NCBI GenBank assembly: GCA_003427395.1
Contig: BFEA01000019.1
Location: 985,431 to 1,049,430, forward strand
Direction of reading: 5' to 3'
Length of the DNA: 64,000 nucleotides
DNA from: Chara braunii
Lineage: Eukaryota > Plantae > Charophyceae
The notes below the pieces were generated by a model. The model had not been told where the DNA came from. It did not search any database and was given only the letters and a program-made list of their open reading frames with translations. How positions within the stretch are numbered: position 1 is the first letter of the stretch; every line of letters begins with the position of its first letter. A program made the position numbers and the translations under genes. This document shows, in pieces, positions 26,701 to 38,800 of the stretch.

Positions 26701-28449
26701 CCAGGAACATACGACCCGACGAAGATCGAGCTCGAGGCCAATCGCCTCAGGAGGTTATCGAGAGGCAGATGCTTGGTGCGGGCTGCAGTAGCTTTGGCCC
26801 ATAAGATTCGTCAACAGGGCGATAACACGACCCGCGGGGAGGATATGATTGACGGTCATGTGTCGTGGTTGTCGAGGTCTTATCGAGGGGATGGGTTTTT
26901 GGATGTTGAGGCCCCTGCGACTGTGAGCCCTGCAGGTCGGATGCTTCCGCTACGTGCCCCAGTTGACGATGGACCCACCTTTGCTAGCACACCTGCACCC
27001 GAGGCAGACTCGCACATCATTCTTGGAGATGAGTTTCCCGCCGTGTCGGGCGGTGCCGGTTCAGATGATGGCATCGGGGAGGATGGTATGGGGGGCAGGT
27101 TGATGCAGTGACTGCCGCACCCCAGGAGTCCCATCAGCTGAGGGAGCCTGCTACTCGACCTCCCACTCAGGCAGCCCTTGAGGGCACGCTTAAGCCTTCT
27201 TTCGTGGCAGGTATTGTAGTGGGCACGCCGTCCGAGTGCCCCGTCGTGGTTGTTGCCACCTTTTCAAGCCCCCACCGTGTAGTAGAGTACGACTCTAAGG
27301 GGAGGCCCGGACGACGAACCGGTTTCACAGGTTCACTAGACTTGTGGACAACATCGACTATCTACCATGACGCCGGGAGGGATTTGTTGGCATACTTGCC
27401 GAGACCGTTGTCGGATATGCCGCGAGTTGACCCTGAGGCAGAGACTGGCGGTGTAGACTGTGGAGAGCCCATTGGTGGGGAGGCTGCTGTTGGGGAGGCT
27501 GCTGCCAGAGAGGGAGGCGCAGAGAGAGAGGATATCGCACACGATCCGGCGGCCATCGGTTACTCGACGGAGAAGATCGAGCAGGCATTGGCGGGATACC
27601 CCGGAAGATATAGACAAGGCATGCCTCAACAGGGGATGCGCACACGCCACTGGGTGGATAGTGGCACCACATGCGTTTCTCCCTCACTCTCGTTGCTACG
27701 TCCAGATCCTTCTTTGGCATTGGGCATCGTAGGCCCCGAACCGCAGCCGCCTTCCATGATGGATACACAGGGTGCCGGTGGACAGGGCAGCAACGTAGGG
27801 GAGCACAACTCCTTAAACACCGGTCTTCAACGCGCATATCCCCCCACGGATTTCAGCGCACGGGCGACGATGCCATTGCCGCCATGAGACCCCTCAGTCA
27901 TCATCGAGCCAATTCGACCATTCGTTGGTCGCAAGCGGAAGCCAAAGAGGGTCGCGGGACAGGAGCCCAGGGGAGCTGCAGGTTGTGGCAGAGGCCAAGG
28001 CCGACCATCGGGGGAGGGGAGGGGCATGGGCGAGAGGGATATGTCAGGACAGGTACACGGGAGAGGAGTGGGGCACAAGAGAGGAGAGGGACGTCCCAGA
28101 GGCTGACCATCCGGACGGGGGAAAGGAGAGGGATGTACCACGACACGAGGGGGCGGTGCACCACGGAGGAGAGCCCATGCAGATGGAAGTCTTAGAGGCG
28201 TTAATGCGGACGCAGCACCGGTCACATCATCAAGCACCGAGGCCGAGGATGGCATAGCACTCCATATCACCAGGAGGCGTAGGGGAGAGGCGACGACAAG
28301 GGCAGCACTAGCATTCGCTGCCACATCAGGCTCGAGCACGTCGGCATAATCGGGCAACCCTGATTTCGAGGGGAATGTTGAGGAGGACGAGGAGGAGGCA
28401 AAGGTCGATGCAGACATTGCGGCGGGAGAGGGTGATATGCCAGGATAGT
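23730..28449 (+). pseudogene. Decayed hAT-superfamily transposase (zf-BED, DUF659/RNase-H-like, hAT dimerisation domain) with a long low-complexity C-terminal extension
   Basis: Motifs IWKYV...CRLCGH...TEHF (BED finger), MTDGWSTQTNRLLCNYMV, WIPCTAHCCNLML, KTRY and SPC*RKRSTHDFVHTKRRNRL...LVFCHWNL. Broken by frameshifts, stops and an insertion at 25982-26452. The 3' end is approximate. Confidence 0.9.
25982..26452 (+). mobile_element. Non-autonomous DNA transposon with 8-bp TSD, inserted in the hAT gene
   Basis: TSD GTGCGTGG at 25974-25981 and 26453-26460. Termini CACAAGCGGTTATC...GTTAACCTTCTCTC. The interior is built of CCTGAAGTGGTGAA modules in both orientations. Removal restores DCLGAWTTVSPC. 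Confidence 0.92.
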
Positions 28450-29021
28450 TTTGTACATAGATCGTTTTGCGTGCGGGTGTGTGCAGTGTGTGCAGTGTGT
28501 GCAGTGTGTGTGTGTGTTTGATAGAGAGAGATGGACGTTGCATGCAAGGCAGCCATAGCCGAGCCACACGTCCTCATTGTCGGTGGAGATGGTGGTTGTC
28601 CTTGGGCGATGGTGAGAGTCTGTGGAGGAACAGTCAGGGGATGAGAGAGAGAGAGAGAACGGACGTACCTAGTGTGTCGCGGAGTTCTGCATTGGCAGCG
28701 TCTTTATGTGCATCGATCTGTGGCTGAAGTGTTGTTGGTTGCATCCCGTAGTGTAGGCTAGGATTGTAGCGGGACACCAGGCGCCAGACAGAAGAGCGAC
28801 ATTGCTTGGATTGACAAACACACCTGAACTGTTCCAAATCATACATGACGTTCTCAAACATCATTTCATGAAACAATTTCAACTAGTTGACTCGACATTT
28901 GCAGACTTAGAGATTCGATCCCTAGACCTGTACCCTGTACATTTACCCTGTGTGCTAAGTGTGATTTGATCCCTAAACCTACCATGTACTTTGTACATTG
29001 ACCTTGTGTGCTAAGGAGGAT

Positions 29022-30432
29022 ATCAGTTTGTGTGTATGCATGTTGCAAGCAAGTCCGAAGTCGAGTCTGATTGCATTTCACTATGTGTATGCTGGTTTAC
29101 CCAAACAACATCCCAGGGCCTGTGTTCAGAGTTTAAGTGCAAGTTCGTTGTTGATTCTAAGTTGACCAGTTTTGTTAAAAAGGGTTGTAGAGTTGTCGGG
29201 GTTTATGACCCAAGGAGGATGTCCGCTAGAGGGCTTTCCGCGCTGGGGTCAGCCCTACTGACGGTGCAGCGGGCCCACCCACTACCCAGTGATCCATCAA
29301 GGAGAGAGCACACAAGCCTCTCTACCCACCCGGGAGTGTCAGCCCAGACCGGCGCTACCAGGCCGCTGCGTCGGGGGTCACCCGACACCCACTCAGGGCT
29401 TCACCTCCTTGTGGCTCCACGGTCGGGAGGCTTTCAGCACCATTGCCACTGTGGTGCTACAGGGACGCGCCAGTCCCTGCTAAGCGAGGGGTGACCCCCT
29501 CACTCCTCCCGCAAGCGCCAACTGAGCCTGCCCCTCGCGGAGCCATTCCCCCCCCATGGCCTCGACAACCCCAAGGAGAGGCACGCGCTCAACCGTTGCG
29601 GGGACCCAGGAAGTACGGTTGGGGTATCAGCATCTAGTGGGCACCCTTGCAGGTGGCTCCCCAAGTCTAGAGCTGCATGTGTAGCCCTGTGTACATCCGT
29701 ACCCCTGGGAGCGCGCGCGCTCAGTGTGTGAGTGGTAGTGCGTCAACCTAACGCTGTGCCAGCGGCATATGCACGAGGTTGCGGATTTGAACCCGCAACC
29801 TCAGACCACAATGTGCATTTCCAATCGGTGCCCTAACCACTGGGCCACCAGTTTTGTGTTGCCATTAGTCTGTGCGTAAGCATGTTGCAAGCAAGTCTGA
29901 AGTTGAGTCTGATTGCATGTCACTACGTGTATGGTGGTTTACCCAGACAACATCCCAGGGCCTGTGTTCGAAGTTTAAGTGCAAGTTCGTTTTTTATTCT
30001 GAGTTGATGAGTTTGGTATTGCCATCAGTTTATGTTTAAGCATGTTACAAGCAAGTCTAAAGTCGAGTCTGATTGCATTTCACTACCTGTATGGTGGTTT
30101 ACCAACACAACATCGCAGGGCATGTGTTCAAGGTTTAAATGCAAGTTATTGTTAATTCCGAGTTGACGAGTTTGGTATTTCCATCAGTCTATGTGTATGC
30201 ATGTTGCAAGTAAGTTTGAAGTCGAGTCTGATTGCATTTCACTACCTGTACGGTGGTTTACAAAGACAACATCCAAGGGCCTGTGTTCGGAGTTTGAGTG
30301 CAAGTTCGTTGTTGATTCTGAGTTGACGAGTTTGGTGTTGCCATCAGTCTGTGTGTATGCATGTTGCAAGCAATTCTGAAGTCGAGTTTGATTGCATTTC
30401 ATTACGTGTATGGTGGTTTACCAAGACAACAA
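29022..30432 (+). repeat. 160-bp tandem repeat (about 4.5 units) interrupted by a SINE
   Basis: GCATGTTGCAAGCAAGT.GAAGTCGAGTCTGATTGCATTTCAC recurs near 29038, 29880, 30040, 30199 and 30359. Confidence 0.92.
29176..29846 (-). mobile_element. tRNA-derived SINE (~670 bp)
   Basis: TSD ACCAGTTTTGT at 29165-29175 and 29847-29857. The minus-strand head has an A box TGGCCCAGTGG and a B box GGTTCAAATCC. Confidence 0.85.
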
Positions 30433-31931
30433 CTTTGTGCTCAGAAGAAACCATGAATAACACTTGGAGCATTGAAGCAGGTGTTTCAAAATATGTGAAA
30501 ACCACGATACCCGCCCACATCGAAAAAGACAAAAATGATGGATGTCCCCCGGTGTCGGGGGCCGGCGACTCAGAAAACAGTCCTCCGCTGATTTTTATTT
30601 TTTTCGACTTTACAGTTGTACCAGGCTTGTTGAGTACTGCCCAAATCCGCTGAGAAACTTTGGTTTCGGGGTGGGGGGGCTGGGGGGGGCTGGGGGGGGT
30701 CGGGGGGGTTGGGAAACAATTTGCTCCTGAACATTTATTTCAAAACCCCTGGGGGCTATTTGAGAGGCCCTTACACATAATTAGTAAGGGCTACCTCACC
30801 GTGAACGAGATAATGCTCATAACAGAGTCATGGCACGCCGAGTATATATGCTGTTGATTCACATTAAGGTCCGCGTTTCAGGAGTTATGGGACCAATGAG
30901 CACGCGAGTTTCTGGGCAGTAGAAGGCCAACTCACCACGTGCTTTCCAGGGCTTCCCTCCACGACTCACCAAATGTGCAAAACTAAAATGAATCTTCTCC
31001 TAAAATATGGAATCTTACGCCGCCATATGTTTTATCTTTTGTGCAAGTGGTGACGAGTGGAGCAAGGCCCTTAGGGCCACTGCTCGTAGGAAAAGGAAAC
31101 AAAAGAAACAGAGGAATGAATCTTTTGCTAGAACATGGACTCATACGCTGCNNNNNNNNNNNNNNNNNNNNNNNNNNNNNNNNNNNNNNNNNNNNNNNNN
31201 NNNNNNNNNNNNNNNNNNNNNNNNNNNNNNNNNNNNNNNNNNNNNNNNNNNNNNNNNNNNNNNNNNNNNNNNNNNNNNNNNNNNNNNNNNNNNNNNNNNN
31301 NNNNNNNNNNNNNNNNNNNNNNNNNNNNNNNNNNNNNNNNNNNNNNNNNNNNNNNNNNNNNNNNNNNNNNNNNNNNNNNNNNNNNNNNNNNNNNNNNNNN
31401 NNNNNNNNNNNNNNNNNNNNNNNNNNNNNNNNNNNNNNNNNNNNNNNNNNNNNNNNNNNNNNNNNNNNNNNNNNNNNNNNNNNNNNNNNNNNNNNNNNNN
31501 NNNNNNNNNNNNNNNNNNNNNNNNNNNNNNNNNNNNNNNNNNNNNNNNNNNNNNNNNNNNNNNNNNNNNNNNNNNNNNNNNNNNNNNNNNNNNNNNNNNN
31601 NNNNNNNNNNNNNNNNNNNNNNNNNNNNNNNNNNNNNNNNNNNNNNNNNNNNNNNNNNNNNNNNNNNNNNNNNNNNNNNNNNNNNNNNNNNNNNNNNNNN
31701 NNNNNNNNNNNNNNNNNNNNNNNNNNNNNNNNNNNNNNNNNNNNNNNNNNNNNNNNNNNNNNNNNNNNNNNNNNNNNNNNNNNNNNNNNNNNNNNNNNNN
31801 NNNNNNNNNNNNNNNNNNNNNNNNNNNNNNNNNNNNNNNNNNNNNNNNNNNNNNNNNNNNNNNNNNNNNNNNNNNNNNNNNNNNNNNNNNNNNNNNNNNN
31901 NNNNNNNNNNNNNNNNNNNNNNNNNNNNNNN

Positions 31932-32218
31932 GGGGTCGGGATTCGGAGGGTGCGGGGACCAGGGGTGCGGGGCCCCGGTGCCAGGGCCGGGAGGGTGTGG
32001 GGACCGGGGGTCCGAGGCCAGGGTCGGCGGGGGTCCCGGGGCCGGGGCCGGGGCCGGGGTGCTGGGTGCAGGGGCCGGGGTCCCGTTGGGGTGTAGGGGG
32101 TCGGCCGAGCGAGGGGGTCTTCAGCGGGGTCCTGGGCTTGGCGCCCCCGCGGGAGGGGGTCCGGGGGTGAAATCCCGCCACCGGCTTTGCCCCCCGGGGT
32201 CCCCGGGTGACAACCCTG
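31932..32218. mobile_element. GC-rich subterminal region ending in a hAT-like TIR (reverse complement CAGGGTTGTCACCCGGGG)
   Basis: Repeated GGGTCC/CCGGGG motifs stop abruptly at ...GACAACCCTG, where AT-rich DNA begins. The partner end is not seen and the region follows an N gap. Confidence 0.5.
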
Positions 32219-34096
32219 ATTCAATCTATTTATTTTGAAATTAAGATCGCTTCGTAAAAATAATTAAGACGACAGACTTAAAATTTGTTTTTGAGGGACT
32301 GTATAATAAAGCGGGTGCAGGTTGAAATGAACAATAGCAATGTGCGGAAGCTCAAACTGATAAGTTTGCACACTTCATGATTCACGAAGAAGACAAATGC
32401 ACATGTACTAATCCAATTAATCAAAATAATCAAGGTTGTAAATTGCACGTCGGCCAAGGGGAGTTGAGAGATGTCGATTTCTATAAGAATGTCGATCCTA
32501 CTCAAATGAAAGAACACACAACTCCTGAACCACAAAGCTCATGAAACAAAATAAATGACAGAGGTAAATACTAAAAAGAAATGACTTTAGGAAATTCAAG
32601 AGAGTCTCAACAAGCAGCAAAAAAACAAACATAATATTCAACTCAATTTGATATTTTTGTCAGCATCAAGCGAGCCAAAAAAAATCAGAATTATAGTTTT
32701 CACTGTTTTAGTAACTTTGTAATAAGCGTGTCACCATAACAAATTTTAAGAGATTATAATAGTTCCTTGATAGAAGATGAGCAAATGAGTTTTTTGGAAC
32801 AATAATTTTTTTACAAGTATAGTCAAAGAAACTACTCGGTGAATAATATACGACAATACGGGAAAATATATATTGATCTTCAACTCGAGTTTCAAGAGGC
32901 AGATCACCATTGAAACCTGGTAAACTGCATGCGAGGTCAAAGTTAGGAAAGTCAATAAAAGGCGAACAAACATAAAATCCAAAAGAAAAGGTTATAGTTA
33001 ATTCAGAGCGTTCACAAGATTGTGGCAAATAAGATATATCATTATCAAAGTGAGGTGCGAAAGTCTCACGGAATCACATGATAATAATAATGGGTACATA
33101 GGTTTCTCAGTGAATGGAAAAAGAGTTAGTTTTTTTTGTCAGTTCACTAGTAAATGAAACACTTTATATACTTGTTTGGTTGTTACTCCAAATATCATAT
33201 CATTTTATTTTTTCCAAACAAACAATCAGTTACTACTAGCCACATACTAGTACTTGTTAAACAAAGTTCTGAGACGATTTTCCCTCTGAGGTTAATATCG
33301 GATATTTACCCCCAAAATATTTAAAATATAAAGTTGAACGAATTTTTAAGTTTTAATTAATTTATCTTATGTCACTTAAGTGTTTTAAAATGTACTTAAT
33401 GTCACTTATTTTTATTGGGTTTTTTTTATTAGTTTTACTTTATTAGCGGCTATAATATTTATCATACATGATATGACTCAAGTAAATAACGATATATTTT
33501 TGAACAAAATTTTATAGATTTTCAAAAGACTATAAAAAAAACATATGACAATAAAAAGATCTTTAATAACTAAGAGATTATAACAAATGATTGTCAATTG
33601 CACAAATTTTTAAATTTTTTGATAATCAGTTAACGAACCTCTCAGTTTTCATGAGTTTTTCAGGGTTATTTTAACAAACGTCTCACACCTTTCAAGTCAT
33701 GTTTGTCACCAGTTCATAAAGTGAACACCAAATAAACCAAAAAGTTAAAACTTTTGATAAAAGAGGTCTTAAACCTCAAAACAAAAATACGTTTTCATGT
33801 AGGTTACCAGTCGGCCCGCCCAGGTCACATAATTTTCCTGGGTGGCCCGACCGTGCAAGGACCAAGGAAGGTCCTAACAAAAAAAAATAAAAAACAAATC
33901 CAAAAAATTTGAAACAAAACTATGTTATGCAGAAAACTAAGCCGAACAAATTTTGCCTCAGGGTCACATCAAAATTTTTTACCAAATTTAAAATACACTC
34001 TTTTAAATTTTAATTATTTTAATAATTTTTAAAGGATGGCCAAAACAGTAAACTCGAAAACCCCAACAAACACCGAACTTGGTACACACAAACCCT

Positions 34097-34152
<56 letters not shown>

Positions 34153-34573
34153 CCAATACATTTTTCAAGGTTATGGGGTTTAACTTGAGGGTGAAAAGTG
34201 TGGTATTTGTTAACCGTTGATGAACGTGTTTGTAGAGAATTCTTGGGATTTGCTGAAAACAATTCCCTATAACATTTACAGCAAAGTAACGTTTAATGTA
34301 CCCATAGATACAAAAGGAAATTATTATGATCGTTTTTCTGTCAATATTTAAGAAACAAGGTAAAGTCTTCAAATCGTTGTCTAATGTTTGAATCAAATAT
34401 CTAATGGAATGATCAAAGCAGATAACAGTAAAATTTTCCTCTGTCACATATTTATTATAATGATAGTAAAATTTTCCTCATTCACAGATTTTAAAATTGT
34501 GAATTTGATGAAAATGCGATAGTATATCATTTTGTTAAGGAAACAAGATAAAAGCAGACGGAGGGGCAAGCGT

Positions 34574-35000
34574 TGTTGGGCGTCGATGTCCCACATCCTA
34601 GAACGAGCGTACGACTTCACGGTCGTGCCACTTAGGATTAACCTATTGTTTTTCGAGTCAACAAAGATACCACTCCGACCGTGCATGCCAACTATATCTC
34701 TCACGGCTCCCTGCAACAGGACAGAGCTCCACGAGGTACAACTCACCTCTATATGAGGGGTTGTCACCACCCTTAGGTAGGCGTACTCTTGCTAAGTTAT
34801 TGACCCACGTGTGAAGACTCTTACTTGCAATCACATATCTAAGTCAGACGAGGGCGTTTGCTTGATCTTCGTAGCATCGGCATACAAGGGGGTGAACGTT
34901 TAAAACTAAATCGTTTACCTGTCGGGAATCGTGATGCTGATCTCCCAGACTGACTTACAATTCAAGTCGACTTGACTGACGGTCTTTCACACATACAATA
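34574..35000 (-). mobile_element. 3' end of another related giant LTR (truncated)
   Basis: TGTTGGGCG...CCCACA, CTCCGACCGTGC and TTACTTGCAATC are reverse-complement homologues of 44540-44980. Confidence 0.8.
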
Positions 35001-36149
35001 TTCTTACCTATTCGCACTTGACTCATAAATTATATGTACTCTACAAATTTTTTCAAACTTATACACACATGATGAATAAATTTCAAAAGTTGAGATGTAA
35101 AAGCAAGGAAATGTCTTTACATTTTTATACGAACAAATACACACATCATCAGAATGGATAGAGTTTTTGACTTTTGGAAAAAAAACAAAGAATATGTTCA
35201 TGGACTTTCAAACATGTACCAGAAATAAAAGTCGATTATGGTCTTTTAAAGAATATAACATGAATAAGGCTCTCGACCTTGTCAATTATCCTAATTTGTT
35301 TAGCATCAAGAAGGAGTAAAGTTAGAAACTCAAACCAAATATACAAAGGTTAAGTATCTAAGTAAAGGTTCATATAAGCACAAGTTTGTCAATGCGAGTT
35401 GTATGAAAAACATATGGTTGGTCGTTTTACTGATTTGTTTCTTTCTCTTGGTCCCTCGCCTTCGTCGCTTGCCGACGTAGTTAGATGCGCCCCCGCTCCG
35501 TTATTTGATTCGTCACGGTGTGCAGCATACCGAGCCCATGTCATGAGAACGATGACATGCACAAGCGTTGTCAGGCCAAATACCTTTGTATACCCTTACA
35601 AGGGTATTTGGCCATGAATTTGCAGACGACACAACGACGACATCGACTACCATGACGGGGCCGGTCTGAACTGAAAAGGGTGTGCTCGTCTTAGCGTGAC
35701 ATTTGTAACGATGTCATCGGCCTTTAAGACGAGGTCAAATCGGTGAGAAAATTTCGAACGTATGCGCGCGTGTTGTTATGACGCGTGCTGTGATGGTTAG
35801 GATCGGTAGTAATACCCTCTGACCGAAAAGGTCGAAGGGTTGATTGGGATAGTGTTGTATCGGGTAAATTTACGACATACACTGAGATTTGGGTTGGTAT
35901 CTGTCTACCTACCGGTACTGGGCCTCTAAAAATGCTATTTTTTCTCTTCTTCTGATCGACCTAGAGTATTCGGCATATCTACCTCTACTTGGTGTGGTAC
36001 CAACCTACCTACTACTTGACTGTTTCTCGTTGCTCTTAGGTGTAGCGGGCCTCCTTTTCCGCTACTTGACTGTTTTCCTCGCCCCGCCCCTCAATGTCGC
36101 AGCCACAGCTAAGTACCAGCCCTTCCGGCCTCCGATCAACTAAGTACTT

Positions 36150-36536
36150 AAGAGAAGGTTAACAACAGTCGTATTTTTCATCACCACTTCAAGACACCCT
36201 TCACCACTGCAAGATGCAACCCGCCTAAACAGGTGGTTTTCAGGGTCTTCGGACCTTTCACCACTTCAGGACACCCTTCACCACTTCAGGATGCAGTCTG
36301 CCTAACAGGTGGTTTTCTGGGTCTTAAGACCTTCCACCATTTCAGGACCATTCAAGATTTGAAGACTGCCCAAACCCTCACTTCATCACTTCAGGATGTA
36401 GTCTGCCTAAACAGGTGGTTTTCAGAGTCCTCGGACCTTTCACCACTTCAGGACCATTCGGGGTTTTCAGGGTGCCCAAAACTCTCACTTCAGAATTTTC
36501 ATTCCTGAATTTTCAGCTATCCGTTAACCACTTGTA
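36150..36536 (-). mobile_element. Second copy of the CCTGAAGTGGTGAA-type DNA transposon
   Basis: Reverse complement of 25982-26452. Termini AAGAGAAGGTTAAC...GTTAACCACTTGTA. Decayed 8-bp TSD AAGTACTT/AAATACCC. Absent at the homologous position of LTR1. Confidence 0.9.
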
Positions 36537-36703
36537 AAATACCCAGGCGGGTCACTCACACACTCAGGCCGATAAGCACTCATACAGGCATGCAGGTCGG
36601 CAGGCGTGCACACGCAAAGACTTAGAAAATGGCTCAGGCCACTGGTAGGACTGAGCCCCGTTACTGTACTTATACCTAATTTGCTCCTCTTCATACCGAA
36701 GTA

Positions 36704-36789
36704 GGAGTTAGCTTAGTGGGTTTCAGTGCGGATTGGGAATCAGGTGACTTGAGGATCGAATCCATCCGACCCCGAGCTAGTTCCATTTT
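36704..36789 (+). ncRNA. Putative Pol III small-RNA cassette in LTR (A box, B box, terminal stem, T4)
   Basis: A-box-like TAGCTTAGTGG and B-box-like GGATCGAATCC. GGAGTTAGCTT pairs with GAGCTAGTTCC using G-U pairs, followed by TTTT. Confidence 0.45.
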
Positions 36790-38000
36790 GCAGGAAACTC
36801 AACTTTAGCCCCGCGGATGGCTTGCGGGGATTTGAACCCGTGACCTTAGAGTTAGGATTAGTTATAGTCAGTTGGTCTGTCTGACACTTGGCAGTTTAGG
36901 GTAGTTAGTAGTTAAATTTCATATTTTGTTCTTTTCTTTTTATATTTCTTATTTTTCTTTTATTCTTGATGAGTTATTTTTTTTTTCTTTTCCTTTCAGT
37001 GTGAACGAATCTCTTACCTTATCATATCTGTCCCGAGTTTCCGACAAATTTGTTCTCGGAAAGAATTCCGATCCCACTGCGATCTCGATCGAACAGGGTC
37101 CACCTGCGGCTCGGACGAGATCGTTGTAGCCAAGGCCGGTAGCGAGCGTGAGGGAGTGCACGAATGGATGTTCAAGAAAATGAGCGGGAGGATATCACAA
37201 GCAAGCGAGAGGGGAGATGGCCGGTCAGAAGGTAGAGTCGCGCGGGGAGTAGAGGAGATGACCGTTGTCAGACCAAATACCCTTACAAGGGTATTTGGTC
37301 ATGCTTTTGCATTCGACACAGTAACAGCGCCGGCTACCATGACAGAGCCAGTCTGGGATGAAAAGCGTGTGCACGCTTTGGCGTGGCACTTGAAACGATT
37401 TCCTCGGTCATTGAGGCCGGGGGGAATCGGTGAAAAACAAAAATTCGAGAATATGCGCTCGCGTTGTAATGATGCCCGCTGTGATGGTTAAGATTAGTAG
37501 TAATACCCTCGGACCGAAAAGGTCATGGGGTTGATTCGGTTAATACTGTGTCGGGTAGATCTACGACACGCACTGAGACTTGGCCTGGTACCTGTCTACC
37601 TATTGGTACTGGGCGTCTAAAAATATCAATGTTTTTCCTCCTCTGCTCAGCCTAGAGTACTCGGTACATCTACCTCTATTAGGTGTTGTACCGGCCGACC
37701 TGCTACTTAAGTGTTTTCCGCTACTCTAAGTACCGCGGGCATCTTTTTCCGGCCACCTGAGTGTTTCCCCCACTGCAACCCTCAATGTCACGGCTACAAG
37801 TTAAGTACCGGCCCGCAGACCTTTCAAAGCGACCAAATGCCCCTACGGGTCATACACACACTCAAGCCGACAAACACTCAGACAGGCACGCGGACCAGCA
37901 AGCGTGCAAGCGCACAGACTTAAATACAGGCTCGAACCACTAGATATGCGGAGCCTGAATACTCTACAAATAGCTGAGTTGTTCCCCTTATACTCGAGGT

Positions 38001-38111
38001 GGGAGCTAACCCAGTAGGTTTAGGTGCTGATTATTAGTAGGTTTAGGTGCTGATTATTATACAGGGGATGCAGGGATCGAAGCCTACAAACCCCTGAGCT
38101 AGCTCCCTTTT
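38001..38111 (+). ncRNA. Putative Pol III cassette, homologue of 36704-36789 (also at 51641-51751)
   Basis: GGGAGCTA...TAGCTCCC stem then TTTT, with degenerate A box TAACCCAGTAG and B box GGATCGAAGCC. Confidence 0.4.
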
Positions 38112-38146
38112 GACGGGGAGCTTAATTGTATTTTGCCCCTGGTTAC

Positions 38147-38210
38147 GGTCGCTCGGGACTTGAACCCGCGACCTCCGGATTANGAGTTAGTTNTTGTCAG
38201 TAGCTTNGTT
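38147..38210 (-). other. tRNA-like 3' half in LTR (also 51787-51850 and ~36820-36865)
   Basis: Minus strand CTCNTAATCCGGAGGTCGCGGGTTCAAGTCCCG gives an anticodon-loop-like region, a variable loop and a T arm with a B box. Confidence 0.55.
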
Positions 38211-38708
38211 GGATTTGAGCCTCTGTTGTAACGTGGCNCGCCACATGGCAGGCTAAGATAGTTAGTACTTAGATTATATTCCTTTCTTTTATTTTTATTC
38301 GTTATAGTTAGATTCTTCTTTTATTTACTTTTATTATTTTTCGTTTCGGTTTGTCTTTTCTCCTTTTCGATCCCGTACCTCACGAGACTCATCCGCCTCG
38401 ATGAATCCGCAGCAGAACCGTGGGAAGGTTAATTCCCATCAAGGTTGTTGATCGGAGCTTCGGGCTTGGCCGCTCGACACTTGCACAACGTCGAGGGAGG
38501 GATAGCGCGACGCGAGGGAGGATAGCGCGACGTGAGGGAGGATAGCGCACGAGAAGAAGAAGAGCGACACAGAGTGGCGTAGCAAGGAAAGGAGAGAGGA
38601 GCGCGGCATATCGGGAATGAAGGAGGGAGCGCGCGAAATCGAGGTGCACGAAGAAGAAGAAGAAGAAGAAGAAGAAGAAAAAGAAGAAGAAGAAGAAAAA
38701 GAAGAAGG

Positions 38709-38771
<63 letters not shown>

Positions 38772-38800
38772 GAGAAGGGAAGGGGGTTCACCGCGATGCG

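Larger units (their letters stand above)
35569..37265 (+). mobile_element. 5' part of a related giant LTR, interrupted by the element starting at 37266
   Basis: Starts TGTCAGGCCAAATACC...CCCTTACAAGGGTATTTGGCCATG and is colinear with, but diverged from, 37266-38400. Confidence 0.85.

Noticed and set aside
30983-32238. Long ORFs of 346-413 aa
   Set aside because: They consist mostly of the N gap.
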